Shown in pieces: positions 25,001 to 37,200 of a stretch of 64,000 nt of DNA (position 1 is its first letter; every line of letters starts with the position of its first letter). The notes under the pieces were generated by a model. The model searched no databases. It was not told the DNA's origin and worked only from the letters and a program-made list of their open reading frames with translations. A program made the translations under genes and the position numbers. The DNA comes from Curvularia clavata (taxonomy: Eukaryota), in contig CP089276.1 of the NCBI GenBank assembly GCA_023920165.1, forward strand, positions 3,658,001 to 3,722,000. Reading direction: 5' to 3'.

Positions 25001-27000
25001 CATATGCCCGAGGCAGCGCCTTGCTTTCATGGCTATGGGCGTCTAAATCATACAAGATTACCCTCGATTTGGATTCGAACAACAACGCCACTGCCGCATA
25101 CGCTGCGACAGAGTATTGGACAGCAAGCGACCGTCTGATTGCAATTCTTGCTGGCTACGGGTTCTTCGCCTTGGCTGGTGCAGTGTACCTCAAGCGTGGC
25201 ACGCCCTTCAGTTCGTCACAACAAGGACAGAAGATTGAACGCATCATCTCCGACATCCTACAGCAGGCTGGCGGCGTGCTCAAGGTAATACTGATCATCA
25301 GCATTGAGATGTTGGTATTCCCTCTGTATTGTGGTCTGCTCCTCGACCTTGCCATGCTTCCTCTCTTCAAGAATGCTACGCTGTACACCCGCTGGCAATT
25401 TGCCAGGGAGAGCCCTTGGACTTCTGGATTTGTGCATTGGTTCATTGGCACTTGCTACATGTTCCACTTTGCGCTCTTCGTGTCCATGTGCCGTAAGATT
25501 ATGCGCAAGGGCGTTCTGTACTTCATCCGCGATCCAGATGATCCTACGTTCCACCCAGTCCGTGACGTTCTGGAGCGCAGTGTCACGACCCAGCTGCGCA
25601 AGATCGCCTTCAGCGCTCTGGTCTACGGTGCGCTGGTCATTGTCTGCCTTGGAGGAGTGGTGTGGACTCTGAGTCGCGCAACTTCCAATGTTCTGCCAAT
25701 TCACTGGACGACCGAAGCACCATCACTGGAGTTCCCGCTGGACCTTCTCTTCTACAACTTCCTCACTCCGGTCATCATCAAGTTTTACAAGCCTAGCGAG
25801 GGTCTGCATGCCGTATATAAATGGTGCTTCCAGAAGTGTGCCAGCTTCCTTCGCCTTTCAAACTTCCTCTTCGGTGACAAAGTTCCAGAGCAGGAGGGCG
25901 ATGATGGCAGATATGTCCGTGCCCCGTCTTCTGATCAAGCTCGCATTCCAAAGGGTCAGCCTGTCTTCGTCGAAGTAGATCGGAACAACGTGCGCAAGGA
26001 CGGGCAAAACGAAGGGGGCGTACACAACTCTGACCTTGTGGCGATGGTGTTCATACCACCATGGTTCCGCATGCGCATCTTCTGCTTCGTTGTCACGATA
26101 TGGATCTTCATGGGCTTGTCTGGGGTCAGCGTTACCATTCTGCCTCTCCTCTTCGGCCGCTACCTCTTCTCGCTATTCCTTCCGCCAACCGTCGAGATGA
26201 ACGACATTCATGCCTTCTCACTCGGAGTGTACACATTAGCCAGCATTGGTTATTCTGGCTATCATGCCGCCAAGTTCATACTCTCACTCAACGGGCGGAT
26301 ACCAGACCCCATGTCTACGCTTCACACAATCGCAGCCACGACCTCGCGTGTGGGAGGCCGTGCCCTCCGCTTCTCGTACGTCTGGGCTAGTCTCATCTTT
26401 GCTATACCCTTCCTCTTCGCCGTGCTACTTGAACTTTACTTCCTCATGCCGCTCCACGCCTACCTCGGCCCCAAGGAACCGCACGTCGTCCACCTTATCC
26501 AAGACTGGACCCTCGGCTTCTTGTACTCTCGTCTTGCAGCCAGGCTCATTTTCGCAAACCGCAATTCTCGCCCTGCACGAGCCTTTCAAGCCGTGGTGCG
26601 CGATGGATACAGGTACCCGAATGCCAGGATCGCAACTAGATGTTTTGTTATACCCGTGCTTGCTATTTTCCTCGTCGCCATTGCGGTCCCGTCTAGTCTG
26701 GCTTTCTTCGCCAGTCGGGTCCTGTATCGAGGCGCGAGCGAGGCGACGAAGAATCAGCTGTGGCGCTTTAGCTTCCCGGCTGTAGGACTTAGTTTCGTCC
26801 TCATGTGGGCCTCGTCTGCTATCGTTCGTCTGTTGGTGCGGTGGAGACTAATCGTTCGCGATGAAGTGTATCTAATTGGCGAGCGGTTGCACAACTTTGG
26901 CGAGAAGAAGGCGCCAGCTCAGGGCGCTGGCGGTACACCTTCTCCTTCATGGTCGCCGCAGCCACCAGCGGCGGTTGGTGCTGATGAGATGGAGAGGTGA
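22072..27000 (+). CDS. DOA10: ERAD RING-CH E3 ubiquitin ligase Doa10/Ssm4/MARCH6 (1642 aa, intronless)
   Basis: N-terminal C4HC3 RING-CH (CRICRG..PCKCSGSIRYVHQECLMEW..CELC). TD domain (EMLVFPLYCG, HWFIGTCYMFHFA, FIRDPDDP). C-terminal DEVYLIGERLHNF element. Confidence 0.96.
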   Translation: MATDAAPPNAGPFDEVPDTADTAAFDRDEADTCRICRGEGTADEPLFFPCKCSGSIRYVHQECLMEWLSHTQKKHCELCKTSFRFTKLYHPNMPNRIPTTVFIHRAALHVFNMFITWCRGVLVGAVWLFLLPWCMRVVWRSLFWVGDGGWSREIFMGMAETQEVGRLSGGGLDTIRTAVERTTTSRNNTVDSQLSNSQASVAFSSNNKTTGESLLWNFAERLFFGAPYASRQLSPAEQPSHLHTSNITASNITSNPLGSRNPSLLSDVPFFNWFQSQSANRFIVDVIEGQIITLLVVVAFILVFLIREWVVQQQPVINMVALGDNAAAQQAAVFEDDAQIDDVPVDEDELDDALDALHAEVAQEDHELHNADDDGPIFADNDRDASDPTTDRVRRSSSLRRERDDLVRRLVLEGLSDDVRAILQSESGADIVDLYTRDDEAAQTLRESLLQAMRAGEPANRADDHDEASSSAFPTRTSSLPLPSGSTPDAADFDLSSSWQRPNMPARDRSFIATEIRRSLEEANTWSFENLQQAPEPAAGDADNAPDSSEDDARGRQPIQKPESVSDHEQHSDHSSGSWQQVPNVVVDDSDQALEGEHAHDKGKARAVDYEEEDTSNELASSPESSIAHSDESVAENIAVGADHNASQPEHDSSAEEQIQAAEDHEDQTEPPAAAGNVQPADPQAPGNAVDLVLDWMFGDVAPATQAADEGGNDEHVVRDLAEEAPFVPFIGNEARDHGNGPAQDAEVAAAAAQAGIDVNDQEAIEDAEDLEGILELIGMQGPIVGLFQNALFSAVLISATLACAVWLPYLWGKVVILFMGSPVSLFVKLPLQIVAAVTDLIVDVTLFVVAGGTYWSSYAITSLVKLCSWGKLSETVEGPLRTISTPAYSLAESSMARIGKMFMDSPLSSRPDYFRLSVNAHASLRSLQNTTSFALNETSQFANALIEEISADSPLKLVLRIIGHLPALVTNTLTVTYARGSALLSWLWASKSYKITLDLDSNNNATAAYAATEYWTASDRLIAILAGYGFFALAGAVYLKRGTPFSSSQQGQKIERIISDILQQAGGVLKVILIISIEMLVFPLYCGLLLDLAMLPLFKNATLYTRWQFARESPWTSGFVHWFIGTCYMFHFALFVSMCRKIMRKGVLYFIRDPDDPTFHPVRDVLERSVTTQLRKIAFSALVYGALVIVCLGGVVWTLSRATSNVLPIHWTTEAPSLEFPLDLLFYNFLTPVIIKFYKPSEGLHAVYKWCFQKCASFLRLSNFLFGDKVPEQEGDDGRYVRAPSSDQARIPKGQPVFVEVDRNNVRKDGQNEGGVHNSDLVAMVFIPPWFRMRIFCFVVTIWIFMGLSGVSVTILPLLFGRYLFSLFLPPTVEMNDIHAFSLGVYTLASIGYSGYHAAKFILSLNGRIPDPMSTLHTIAATTSRVGGRALRFSYVWASLIFAIPFLFAVLLELYFLMPLHAYLGPKEPHVVHLIQDWTLGFLYSRLAARLIFANRNSRPARAFQAVVRDGYRYPNARIATRCFVIPVLAIFLVAIAVPSSLAFFASRVLYRGASEATKNQLWRFSFPAVGLSFVLMWASSAIVRLLVRWRLIVRDEVYLIGERLHNFGEKKAPAQGAGGTPSPSWSPQPPAAVGADEMER

Positions 27001-27743
27001 GGTTGGTCTGTGGAAAGGGAGAATGGGATTTGCCAGAGAAAAGGTGAGACGAGGTGGAAATTGTTGACGAATGTAGCTTATTACATGTTTCTCGTTTAAT
27101 ATTACTCTTTACTCTTCATGGCGTTTATCCTAGGTGATGGAAATGGTGTGGTGTGGCCCTTACTCGGATCGTGTTCTTTTATGGTTACGTTGGAAGAACA
27201 TGTTACAGCGAAGACTGAATAGTCTTAGGAATATAGATATAATCAAAGGTACACCACCGATATCAGACGTGTTCATATAAAGAACAAACTCAGTCATTGC
27301 TCCATGTCATGTCTTCTCCTCTAAAAAGCAACTACTACTTATACGTGGGTTTTACAAAGGGTATAAACTAACACAAGCCGCGTTCCTCGACGTAAACAAA
27401 ACCAGAAAAAGCCAACCGCACGATCCAGACGTTCAAAACCGAAACCGAACCTCCCTTGAAGAGGCAGAATAGAACAGAGCATGCCAGCTCTCCTATGTGG
27501 GCCCTCCCGGGTATTCCCTCCCATCATGAACGTGAAGAACAGAGAACAAGGAAAAGGGAAACAATACACATGTTATACAAAAAAAACCATAGCCCCTAAC
27601 CCAATCCATTCCCACGTCTTCTCATAACATCGGGAATACGTTCATGGCATGAGGCGTTTCCTTGATTTCAAGCATATTCTCACACGGACCGGTGGAAGGA
27701 GAAAGAAAACCTCACTACCCCACCTTCGCCAGACTTGATCACA

Positions 27744-28904
27744 TCAGCCCCGGCGGGTGGTTCTTGATCTAGTAGTTGGTTTAGATGGTGCTGCAGCTTT
27801 GGCCTGACTTGCGGCTGTGGGGGCATCGAAGGATCTCGTAGCACGCTTCTTAGTCGGCTTTGTGGGCTCTTCGTCTGCCTTCCTCTTGCGAGAAGGGTTT
27901 GTTGGTTTTGACTCTGCGGGAGTGGAGGAGGGAGTGGGGATGCAAGGGGCGGTATTGGTGTGAGAGGTGGCGGTAGTGGACGAGGGGGGAGGCGTGGGCG
28001 GTCGATTGCCGGCGGATGTAGGCTTATCGTCTTCTTCTTTTGTGCCGTTTCGTTGTTGGGCAACCCATGAGAGAAGGTTTTCTTCTGCGTTATCGTCGTC
28101 GTCTTCGTCGTCCCCGGCCAGCATGGCGTCGGCCATCTCGCCGGCTATGTCGTCGCCTGCGTCCTGGTTCGCGGCCATCCGCGTGGCGAATTCCAAGAGC
28201 TGTTGCGGATCCATGCCGCTTAAGGGGCCGCCGGCAGCGGCAAGTTGGCGTTGCAGGGCTGCCAGTAGAGCCTCCTGAGAGATGGCATGTCCCTCTTCGC
28301 TCATGGCCTCGTCATGACCCTCTTCCTCATCTTCGTCATATGGTGGTGAAGCGGGCTCGGTAACAAAGGCTCTGTTTCCCTTTTCCTTTTCTGGTGCTAG
28401 CGAGGGCGCGCCTGGAGAGTTTGGTGGTGAACCTTTTGCCCATTCTGGTGTGTCTGTAAGCTTCTCCCGCCAGTTTTTGAACAAGGCATATGGCTGTGCG
28501 TTGTCCTCCAACGTCTTCGTTTTTGTGCCGCGGTCAGCTTGCGAGCGCCAGACAATGGGGGGGTGGCCTGGCGGAGTCGGCTCTGTACGCGCACTTGTGT
28601 TGGTTTCGGCTTCCTTCCTCTTGTCTGGGCGACGTCGAGCCATGCGCTTCCTCTTCAAACCCGTCTTTGCCCCCTTGACGTCCAGCGGCTGAAATGTGGT
28701 GTCGTCGTAGCCATCGGATGCATATTCGAGGTCGTTGAAGTAGTCGAAGCGGTCCCAGTCCTCCTCCATGTCCTCATCGCCGCACGTTGCTGGTGGGGGC
28801 GATGCTACAGCATGCTCTGCGAGGTCGTCGGCTGCCATGTACTCATCCTCGACATAGAAGAAGTCGGCGTCGTAGTCTTCATATTCGTCTTCGTAGTCAC
28901 TCAT
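27744..28904 (-). CDS. Uncharacterised acidic, largely disordered protein with basic NLS-like motifs (386 aa)
   Basis: ATG-initiated ORF with D/E/Y-rich N-terminus, GLKRKR and SRKRKA motifs; coding-like composition. Confidence 0.75.
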   Translation of the reverse strand: MSDYEDEYEDYDADFFYVEDEYMAADDLAEHAVASPPPATCGDEDMEEDWDRFDYFNDLEYASDGYDDTTFQPLDVKGAKTGLKRKRMARRRPDKRKEAETNTSARTEPTPPGHPPIVWRSQADRGTKTKTLEDNAQPYALFKNWREKLTDTPEWAKGSPPNSPGAPSLAPEKEKGNRAFVTEPASPPYDEDEEEGHDEAMSEEGHAISQEALLAALQRQLAAAGGPLSGMDPQQLLEFATRMAANQDAGDDIAGEMADAMLAGDDEDDDDNAEENLLSWVAQQRNGTKEEDDKPTSAGNRPPTPPPSSTTATSHTNTAPCIPTPSSTPAESKPTNPSRKRKADEEPTKPTKKRATRSFDAPTAASQAKAAAPSKPTTRSRTTRRG

Positions 28905-29459
28905 GCTGGGCGGGATCCGGGGGCGGGTTGATGGAGAAGATGCGCAGCGTCGCAGCGGGGGGTTTCAAGGCAATGATTACGGGCGGCGGTCTCGTGCTTG
29001 ACGGCTGTATCGTTGGATCGTGGGAAGTGAGGCTGCTTGTGTAGTCAGGGCGGGCGGAGGCGATGACGCGCGCGCGCTCGCAGACGACGGTTCAGGTGCA
29101 CGGTGACCATCAGCGCAACATTGCGTGGCGCATTGGTGAGGAAGCAGCGACCGGCAGAGAGGAACAGCAGCCGTCTGCAACTGGGTGCGCGCCTTCCCAC
29201 GTCACCCACGCTCCTGCCCCATTGAGTCGCTGGCGCGGCGTGCACCTGCCCGCAACTGTTTGCTCCCGTAAACACCGGGCGCGTGCCTTTTCCCCGCAAA
29301 TTGACGTATCGCGGCTCCACGCGGCTTAACAACCTCCGAGGCTCCTGCCACTCTGCCTGCCATAGCCTTCCAAACAATGCTTTTTTTTTAGTCCTGCAGT
29401 CATTCAATCAAGCAAGAAGTCAATCAATCTTCTCTGATCCATAGGCTTCACTCGTGACT

Positions 29460-31734
29460 ATGCGTGCTTTCCGGAAGTCTACTCACCTCTCCCGCCAGCT
29501 GCTTGCTTCCAATGGCCGCCGCTGCAACTCGACGGCTGCGCCCACATCCAAGTCGCTTACCTCTGTCCTCATAGCCAACCGCGGAGAAATTGCCTTGTAA
29601 GACTCGTCTGTCGTGAACAAACAAACATCGCATCTGACATGGCTTCAGGCGAGTCGGCCGGACTGCTTCAGAGTACGGCATCCGAACCACCACTCTCTAC
29701 ACAGACCCCGATGCTCGATCACAGCATGCTCTTAGCTCGCCCTACGCCGTCAATCTCGGTGAACCCTCCGCATATCTCGATGGCGACCGTATAATCCAGA
29801 TCGCAAAAGAGCAAGGATGTCAGGGCATACATCCAGGTTATGGCTTTGTAAGGTCCTCCAAACATCAAATGGCATATTATTAACTGGGACCAGTTGAGCG
29901 AAAACCCAACCTTTGCAAGGAAATGCACAGAGGCCGGACTGACCTTTATCGGCCCGCCATGGCAAGCAATTGAGTCCATGGGAAGCAAAAGGTACGTTTT
30001 GAATACCCACCTTGGTCATGCTGGCTGACATGTGCAAGTGAGTCCAAAGACATCATGACCAAAGCCGGCGTTCCCTGTATCCCAGGATACCACGGCTCCA
30101 ACCAAGACCCAGAGTTCCTTAAGGAACAGGCAGCAAACATTGGCTACCCGGTATTGCTCAAGGCCGTCAAAGGTGGAGGCGGCAAGGGCATGCGCATCGT
30201 CCAGAACGAGTCAGAGTTCCTCGATCAACTAGCCTCTGCAAAGTCAGAAGCGCGCAATTCCTTTGGAGATGAGGTCATGCTGGTAGAGAAATATATCACC
30301 ACGCCGCGCCACATTGAAGTCCAGGTTTTTGCTGACAAACACGGAAACTGCGTTGCACTCGGCGAGCGAGATTGCAGTATCCAGCGCCGACACCAGAAGA
30401 TCCTCGAGGAGTCTCCAGCTCCCCACTTGGACGAGGCCATTAGACAGGATATCTGGGAGAAGGCTAGGCAAGCTGCCCTTGCTGTGGGTTACGAAGGAGC
30501 GGGTACCGTGGAGTTCATCTTCGACAATGATACGGGTGAATTCTTCTTCATGGAGATGAACACCAGGCTTCAGGTCGAGCACCCGGTCACTGAAATGGTT
30601 ACTGGCGAGGACCTTGTGAGGTGGCAGCTCATCGTTGCCGAGGGTGGCAAGCTGCCCCTTACCCAGCAAGAAATTGAGCAGAGGATCAAGGAGAGAGGAC
30701 ATGCCATCGAAGCGCGCATATACGCCGAGAACCCAGACATGAACTTCATTCCGGATTCAGGTCTCCTGCTCCATCTCAAGACACCCCAGCCTACCTCTAC
30801 TGTGCGCATCGACTCTGGCTTCATTGCTGGCGACGAAGTATCTTCACACTACGACCCTATGATCTCCAAACTCATTGTCCAAGGTCCTACTCGCGAAGCT
30901 GCAATCCAAAAGCTGCGAGCCGCACTCGAGGAGTACGAGGTTGCTGGTCCAGTCACAAATATCGAGTTCATCAAGCGCATGTGTGTATCTCCAGACTTTG
31001 TTGCCGGCGATGTAGAAACAGGATACATCCAAAAGCACCACGCAGAGCTCTTCACTCCCCAGCCTCCAGCACCAGAAGTTTACGGTCAGGCCGCTCTGGG
31101 TCTCGCTCTCCAGCAAATCTCTTCATCAAAGGGAGACGTATGGACAGGGCCACCCGTGACTACTGTAGGTTTCGGCTTCAGCAGCGCCTACCAACAGCGT
31201 GAATTCAACCTCGTCGAGATACCCGCCGATGGCAAAGGCGAAGCCAAGGCAACAAAAGTCACCATCCGCCAAACAAGTCCACAGCAATTTGACATTACCG
31301 TTGGCGACCAAACATACAGCAACGTCACATCTACCTTTTCTCCCTCTAACAACACCATAACCTCCTTCTACCCCCATACCCGTCTCGCAACAACCTTTGT
31401 CCGCGATGAAGACCGCATCATCCTCTTCCACCTGGGGCGCCAGCACAGACTCCGACTCGCCATGCCCGAATGGACCAAGAAAGCCCTTGGTGTCAAGGAC
31501 GTCGCCAACAGCGTTCTTGCACCCATGCCCTGCAAGGTCCTCCGCGTCGAAGTCGAGGAGGGCCAGGAAGTCAAGAAGGACCAGGCGCTGGTCGTTATTG
31601 AGAGTATGAAGATGGAGACGGTGATCAGGAGTCCGAGCCAGGGTGTGGTAAAGAGGATTGTGCATGGCAAGGGCGATTTATGTAAGGCGGGCACAGCGCT
31701 GGTGGAGTTTGAGGAGCCCGAGGAGAAGGAGTAG
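29460..31734 (+). CDS. mccA: 3-methylcrotonoyl-CoA carboxylase alpha (biotin-containing) subunit, mitochondrial; exons 29460-29596, 29649-29847, 29894-29991, 30039-31734 (709 aa)
   Basis: Arg-rich presequence. Motifs VLIANRGEIA, IHPGYGFLSEN, GGGGKGMR, ERDCSIQRRHQK and EMNTRLQVEHPVTE. Biotinyl domain ESMKME. Three canonical introns. Confidence 0.9.
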
Positions 31735-34231
31735 GTGATGTGTGGAGGTGGGAGGTTTTCTTTGATTGGGGATGTGGGATGAGGCAAAAAAAAGGTTTGG
31801 ATATTTTATTTATGACTGTCATGATGGGTTGTCGTTCGAATAAGCGTAGTTTGAGACTCTGTAATTGTGCAGGATAGGACAGGGAGAAAATACATTGCTA
31901 CTGTACTAGATCCTCATACATATGTTTCTTCCGCAATGGTGTTGTTCTAAATTATCATTGACTGTGTATTTGTTCCTAATTTCGCTTTCTGCTGTTGTTC
32001 AGTATGTGGTCTTTGAGATGTATGTGGTGTGGTGCCAGTACAGGCTACTAACGATATCACCACCCACAAAAATAATGATATCCACGGTCCTGTGGTTGAG
32101 AGATTGGGTTAGACAAAAGATGTCTTATCAGAAGTGACTCTTCATAGGTATATAGCCACCATCATATTAAAGATTTATTTACGGTAGAATATGTTTGCAG
32201 TTGTTGGACAACATATATATTCAGAAATAACCCTATAGGAGGACATTGTCTTCAAATTGAGGACATATCATTACATGACTGCCTAAATGAGGAGGGGGCG
32301 TTCCACAGGTTGAATATTGCCATGTTAATTTAGATGTTTTGAACTATGTATGACAACAACACTGATATCAAATTCTTTGCCTCTCTGCAAATCCAGAACA
32401 TCGTAACCTTCGTGTACTATCGCAAAAGAATTATTCTATTCACGAACTCGATATCAAAACAAAACACAGACCTGTCAATCTATACATGCGTCACTATCAA
32501 GTAGTTCGCACGTCCACTGAAGGGATCGCGAACACGTTCGTCAATACAGAGCCGAGAATCACGTCTCAAAGACAGTAATTTAATGCTTTTACACAGAAAG
32601 ACAGCAGAATCAGTACCGAGAGCAAACGAATACGACGTCTCCGCAGGATTCCCCCCAAAAAGCAGAAGGATTTCTGCATGCATTAGTTCTCTCAACCGCG
32701 TTGTCAAAGGGGCGAAGCAGCCAATACAAATTCCAGCAGCAGAACGAATGGACGTAAACACGTATTCAACATGTACCGACTCAACAGTTTCACTGCCATC
32801 TTCACACGCCTCACTCTACTGTATCTTCTGGTTTCTATCACTCAAGCTTAATCCTTACTGCCTGGCCGGACCGATATACGCAAATCTACAAACAGCAGAG
32901 GTTCGCCAACCTGGTCGAGTCTGCGACGTGTCATGGCCGCGTTACGAGACGCCACTTCCACACAGAACCTGTTCTGGGTTGCGTTCCGCGGAGAAAGTGA
33001 CTCTTTTGTGACGCCAAACAACTTTAAGATTTGCACGAGAGACTGAGACAAAAGAAAACTGTATCATAGCAGTTGGATGCTCCGTTGTTTGATAGTCTCA
33101 TAGTGATAAAATTCATCATCGCATGTTGAATGCATATCCATCAAAGCTGCTGGCCACCTCTCTCTCCATATCAGTGGGAGGAGAAACTCCACTTCTCCCC
33201 CCTCCAGCTCACGTAATTGCATGACTCTGCGATCGACACACTGAGACAAAACGTAAATGGGCAAAAGGTGAACTAACCTTCCACCCCAGAAAACGATCAA
33301 AACCTTGTTTTTCTCCGTTGCCACAGTTTTAGTGCCTAAGAGTTCAATTGCGCGTTTTGGACAAACACGAGCAAAGCAATAGAATATTAGTATTGACAAT
33401 AAACTCTTCCTTGGATATATTCATGTAAATGAGTAGTTAATGGAGTGGGGAATATTTGCTCTCATTCTCTTTCCGTCTCCAAACTCCGGTCTACCCCGAA
33501 AATCTCCCCAGAAGAACCGCGTTCCCCCCCACCACGTCTTGTCCCCAATCTCCGCGACTAACAACAGGGGAAAGGGGAAGCGGAAGTCAGGACGAACACC
33601 GCTCTCGTGTTTCCACCCTCCTCGAGGGAAGATAACGCCGCAAGTGTCCGGCTATGCTAGCCATTGACGTACTGGATTCACATCCACATCCACGTCCTGT
33701 TAGTATGTAGTATGTAGACTCGGGAGACGCGACCCAAGCAGGCCATACGATCGGCAGCCAGGCCATGCCATGCCCATGCACGGGAAGGCGCCCTCCGTCA
33801 TTCCCTCCCTTCCCCTTCCCTCTCTGACTTTCCTCTACATACATACACTAGACTAGGCCAGGACGGCAGGATAACCCCGAGGAAGTAAGACCTGCACACA
33901 TCATCTACCGTAGCCGGGCTGCATCACCCCCAAAAATCATGCCATTTTGATACTACATAGGACCCTCTTTGCCCCGTGTGCCCCCCGGCTCTACATAATA
34001 CCCCCGACAAAAACCCATGTCTATTTCGACCAAGACGACCCCCCCGGTTCAGCTGCGTCGGCGACGAGCCCTTGGAGCCCGATGGGTGATGGGCGCTGGG
34101 GTCAGGTTCGGGCCCAGTTTCCAACTTCACGCTCACCCACACTTTACTACATGGGGAGGTAGATGAGAAGGGGGGAGGGGGACATGGGGCGCGGCAGTGG
34201 GATTTCCTTCCTTCCTTCCATCTCACTCCGC

Positions 34232-34249
34232 AAGAGAGAGAGAGAGAGA
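34232..34249 (+). repeat. (GA)n microsatellite
   Basis: About 8-9 AG units. Confidence 0.85.
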
Positions 34250-37200
34250 GCACGGTCAAGATTGCAGCGTAAGAAACAAGAACAGGACCGAGATACGGCC
34301 ACCAAACCCTACCCTGCCCTCGACCGTATACCGCATAATCCATGCTTTTGAGGCAGTCGGGCGTAGGGTGCGGTGCGTATGTTATTTCCGACTGCTACTC
34401 AACAAATAGATGTGGTTGGAGTGATGGTTTTGGAGAAGAGAAAAAAAAGGGGGGCGCTCCTGGCCCAAAGTTTATGTGTTGAGTACTCCGAGGAAAGGCA
34501 AGGTTTGGATATTTCAAAGTTGTAAGATGACTATTGCATTTCCTTCATTCTCTTATTGATTTATTCATTGTGTGTTGATTTGATTGCTATGAGTAAGCCT
34601 CGATTCGGTGCTGCTGACTCTTGTTTACTCGATTGCTCTCGATTGCTTGCTTTGAGACCCACAGAAAAGCGTGTTGATATCAGCCCCCACAGAGCGAGGT
34701 ACACATGTACATATTCAGCTGTGTTGCCCTTGTCCGAACCAACCACCCTGGCAGTTCCGTTGACCAGGAGCAGGCTGCTACAAATATCTGCCAATCAGTG
34801 TGTCTACTTTGAGCTCCTTTTGACGTTTCCCCGCACACTTGCGTGTCACTCGCTTCACTTATTTTTTCTTTCCATCTATCTCTATCTTTAACATTCTACA
34901 GTGGGTCTACGCGCCCAAGGACGCCTCGGAAGAGGGCGGCAGGCCCGAATGACAGCATCACATTTGCTGATCTTTTAGCAAGAGTAGCTTGGCGTAGCCC
35001 AGCCTAGCGGACTGGGTTGTAGGGGTAAGAGGAGGGGGCGTGTGACGCGTCCGTCGAGCTGGGCCGATTGGAAAAGATAGGCTTTGTCAGAAACGGGGAA
35101 GGAGAAGAAAAGGGCAACAACAGCTTTGTTGGGCAACATTCGCATACCGTTACCCGACAGTGAGGGTCGATCCAAAATCAAAATGAGTCGTTACATACAA
35201 AAGCTGATCACGCTATCGTGAGGTTAGTAATGTGGGTACACGAGAAGGGGGGGGGAAGGGCTGTGATGAAGGTCTAGGCGAATTGATGAGCCCAAATGCC
35301 TGATGACCACTCTCTCGGGATTCTCGGGACTTGAAATGTAAGAAAATGCAGAAGGCGGAGCGAGGACCTCGAAGCGTGGTAGTCTACACGCCATGTGGAA
35401 TGCTCTCAGCTCGGAGAATATGTCACTGTTGTGCGTTGCCAAAAGGCCTTCTCACCGAGCCGTTCGCAACACGTCAAGAAGGAAGCGTCACGCGCATGTT
35501 ATCTGCTTCTTTTGCCTGGAACCATGATTGCGCCCTCCAAGCCGTACCCTAGGTCGTCGACGCGCATCCGGGGAATAACCCTGTAACACATTTGGACACG
35601 ACAGTTTTGACTACCAATAGCTACCGAGCGGGCCTCTCGTGTCGGCGGAAGAAAGATCGCACGATTTTCGATCCCGGACATGGTTAGGGGAACCTGGTTG
35701 GACGGAGCCCAAAGGCCATGTGTGTAAGGCGGCTACCGGCAATATCCCAGTTCCAACCACTGCGCTGTTTGTCATGGGGAGGGGGCCAGGCGCTCTTCGT
35801 GGGCTGGCAATGCATGTTGAGATCGTGAAACGCGTGTTTGAGCATGTTCTCCGACATGTCAGTCAACGTTTCGTGGAACCTTAAAATAATATAGCAACCC
35901 CAAGGCTTGATCTTTGTCCGAGTCCCCTAGCGTCTGGCGGATATCTGGCAACTATGCGCAATCATTCGATAAGTAATCTGTTGCATGTCCTTGCGGATGC
36001 AACAAGTATTAGCGCCAAGTCCCGGATCAGAGGTCTAGAAGACGACAAGATTTGAAATTGAGGTGGCTGGGGCAATTTTTCAGGTTTCGGATATGTGGTG
36101 GAGCGACTCTATGTCGACCCATTTGCATCGCTCGATGTTTATTGTTACACGCTATGCGCGTGGGGCATTCGTCCGGTAATCGTATCCAGAGGACCCCCCA
36201 AGTAGGAAATGGGCAAGGCGAAGATCAGGTCTGTGATGAAAAGCTACGTGTACTCTTGGAAGAAGGAAGATCGTCTATGGCGCCCTGCCTTTTCGCACAG
36301 GCCTCGCTACAGCTAGCGTTCGTAGTAGCAGATACTTACACACCCAGCCACCGTGACTCGCGACACTACCCAGACGAGGTAATTCGCCAAGCGTCAGATG
36401 ATGACATGGACATTGAGGCTGTTGTGCGAAATTGACTGACTGGAGCGATTGGAGTAGCGCGTATACTCCATCAACACACATGGGCGAGTACAATTAGTAA
36501 GGCTGGCTTCTAGAAGGCCGCTAGAAGGCCGCTAGCATCGTGAAACACGTGCAGAGGCCACTTCCAAGCACTATTTCTGCTCTATGATGAAGGCCATATG
36601 CTGCCAGCTTGATTTGGGCAATGTTTGCGGAGGAGGCGTTCGACTTTCTACCAAAAGGCCCGAACTTGCCGTGGTTAGAATCAGCCATGCGACGCACCTG
36701 ATGGATTGCTTCTTGAAGGATCAAGCAGGGGCGCATGCAGTGTGGCTTCGAGTCCATATGCGAAAAAGAAAGGAGTAGACTTGGACCACTCACAGTGGCG
36801 CTTTACCATCTTCTCGCCCAGAGCTATCATGAAAAGCCTGATAGGCGTTCAAAAAAAAAGGAACGGTGCGGCGTAGACTCAAGTGGGCTGAGAAGTACAG
36901 GAAAGAAATGGAAGGATACATGCTTCCACCTTTCAGTCGATGGCGTTCTGCGAATGGCGGCGACGCGTTTCTAGTATATGCCCCGGCGTTTAAACTGTAC
37001 TCTACGTCTGTCGCGGAATGATTATTCGGAGACGCAAACGATTGGCCGGATCAACAAGATTGATCATCCGCGGCACATTGGATAGGTAGTTGTGTCTTGG
37101 TAGCTTTTGCGAACGTGTCGAGCGTATACATACTACGGACGTTCTAGTATGATGTGTATACTGGTGTCTAAACGGAACGGCAGCAGCCTGCCTGCCTTGA

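Noticed and set aside
31800..32500. AT-richer patch, possible RIP-mutated transposon relic
   Set aside because: Only moderately AT-rich; no terminal repeats or transposase/RT remnants visible.
36510..36535. 11-bp tandem duplication CTAGAAGGCCG x2
   Set aside because: Only two copies; consistent with simple slippage, not an array.
36393..36701. ATGATGA..CTGA pairs resembling C/D snoRNAs (36398-36439, 36584-36701)
   Set aside because: The first is too short; the second lacks a terminal stem and a recognisable rRNA-complementary guide.
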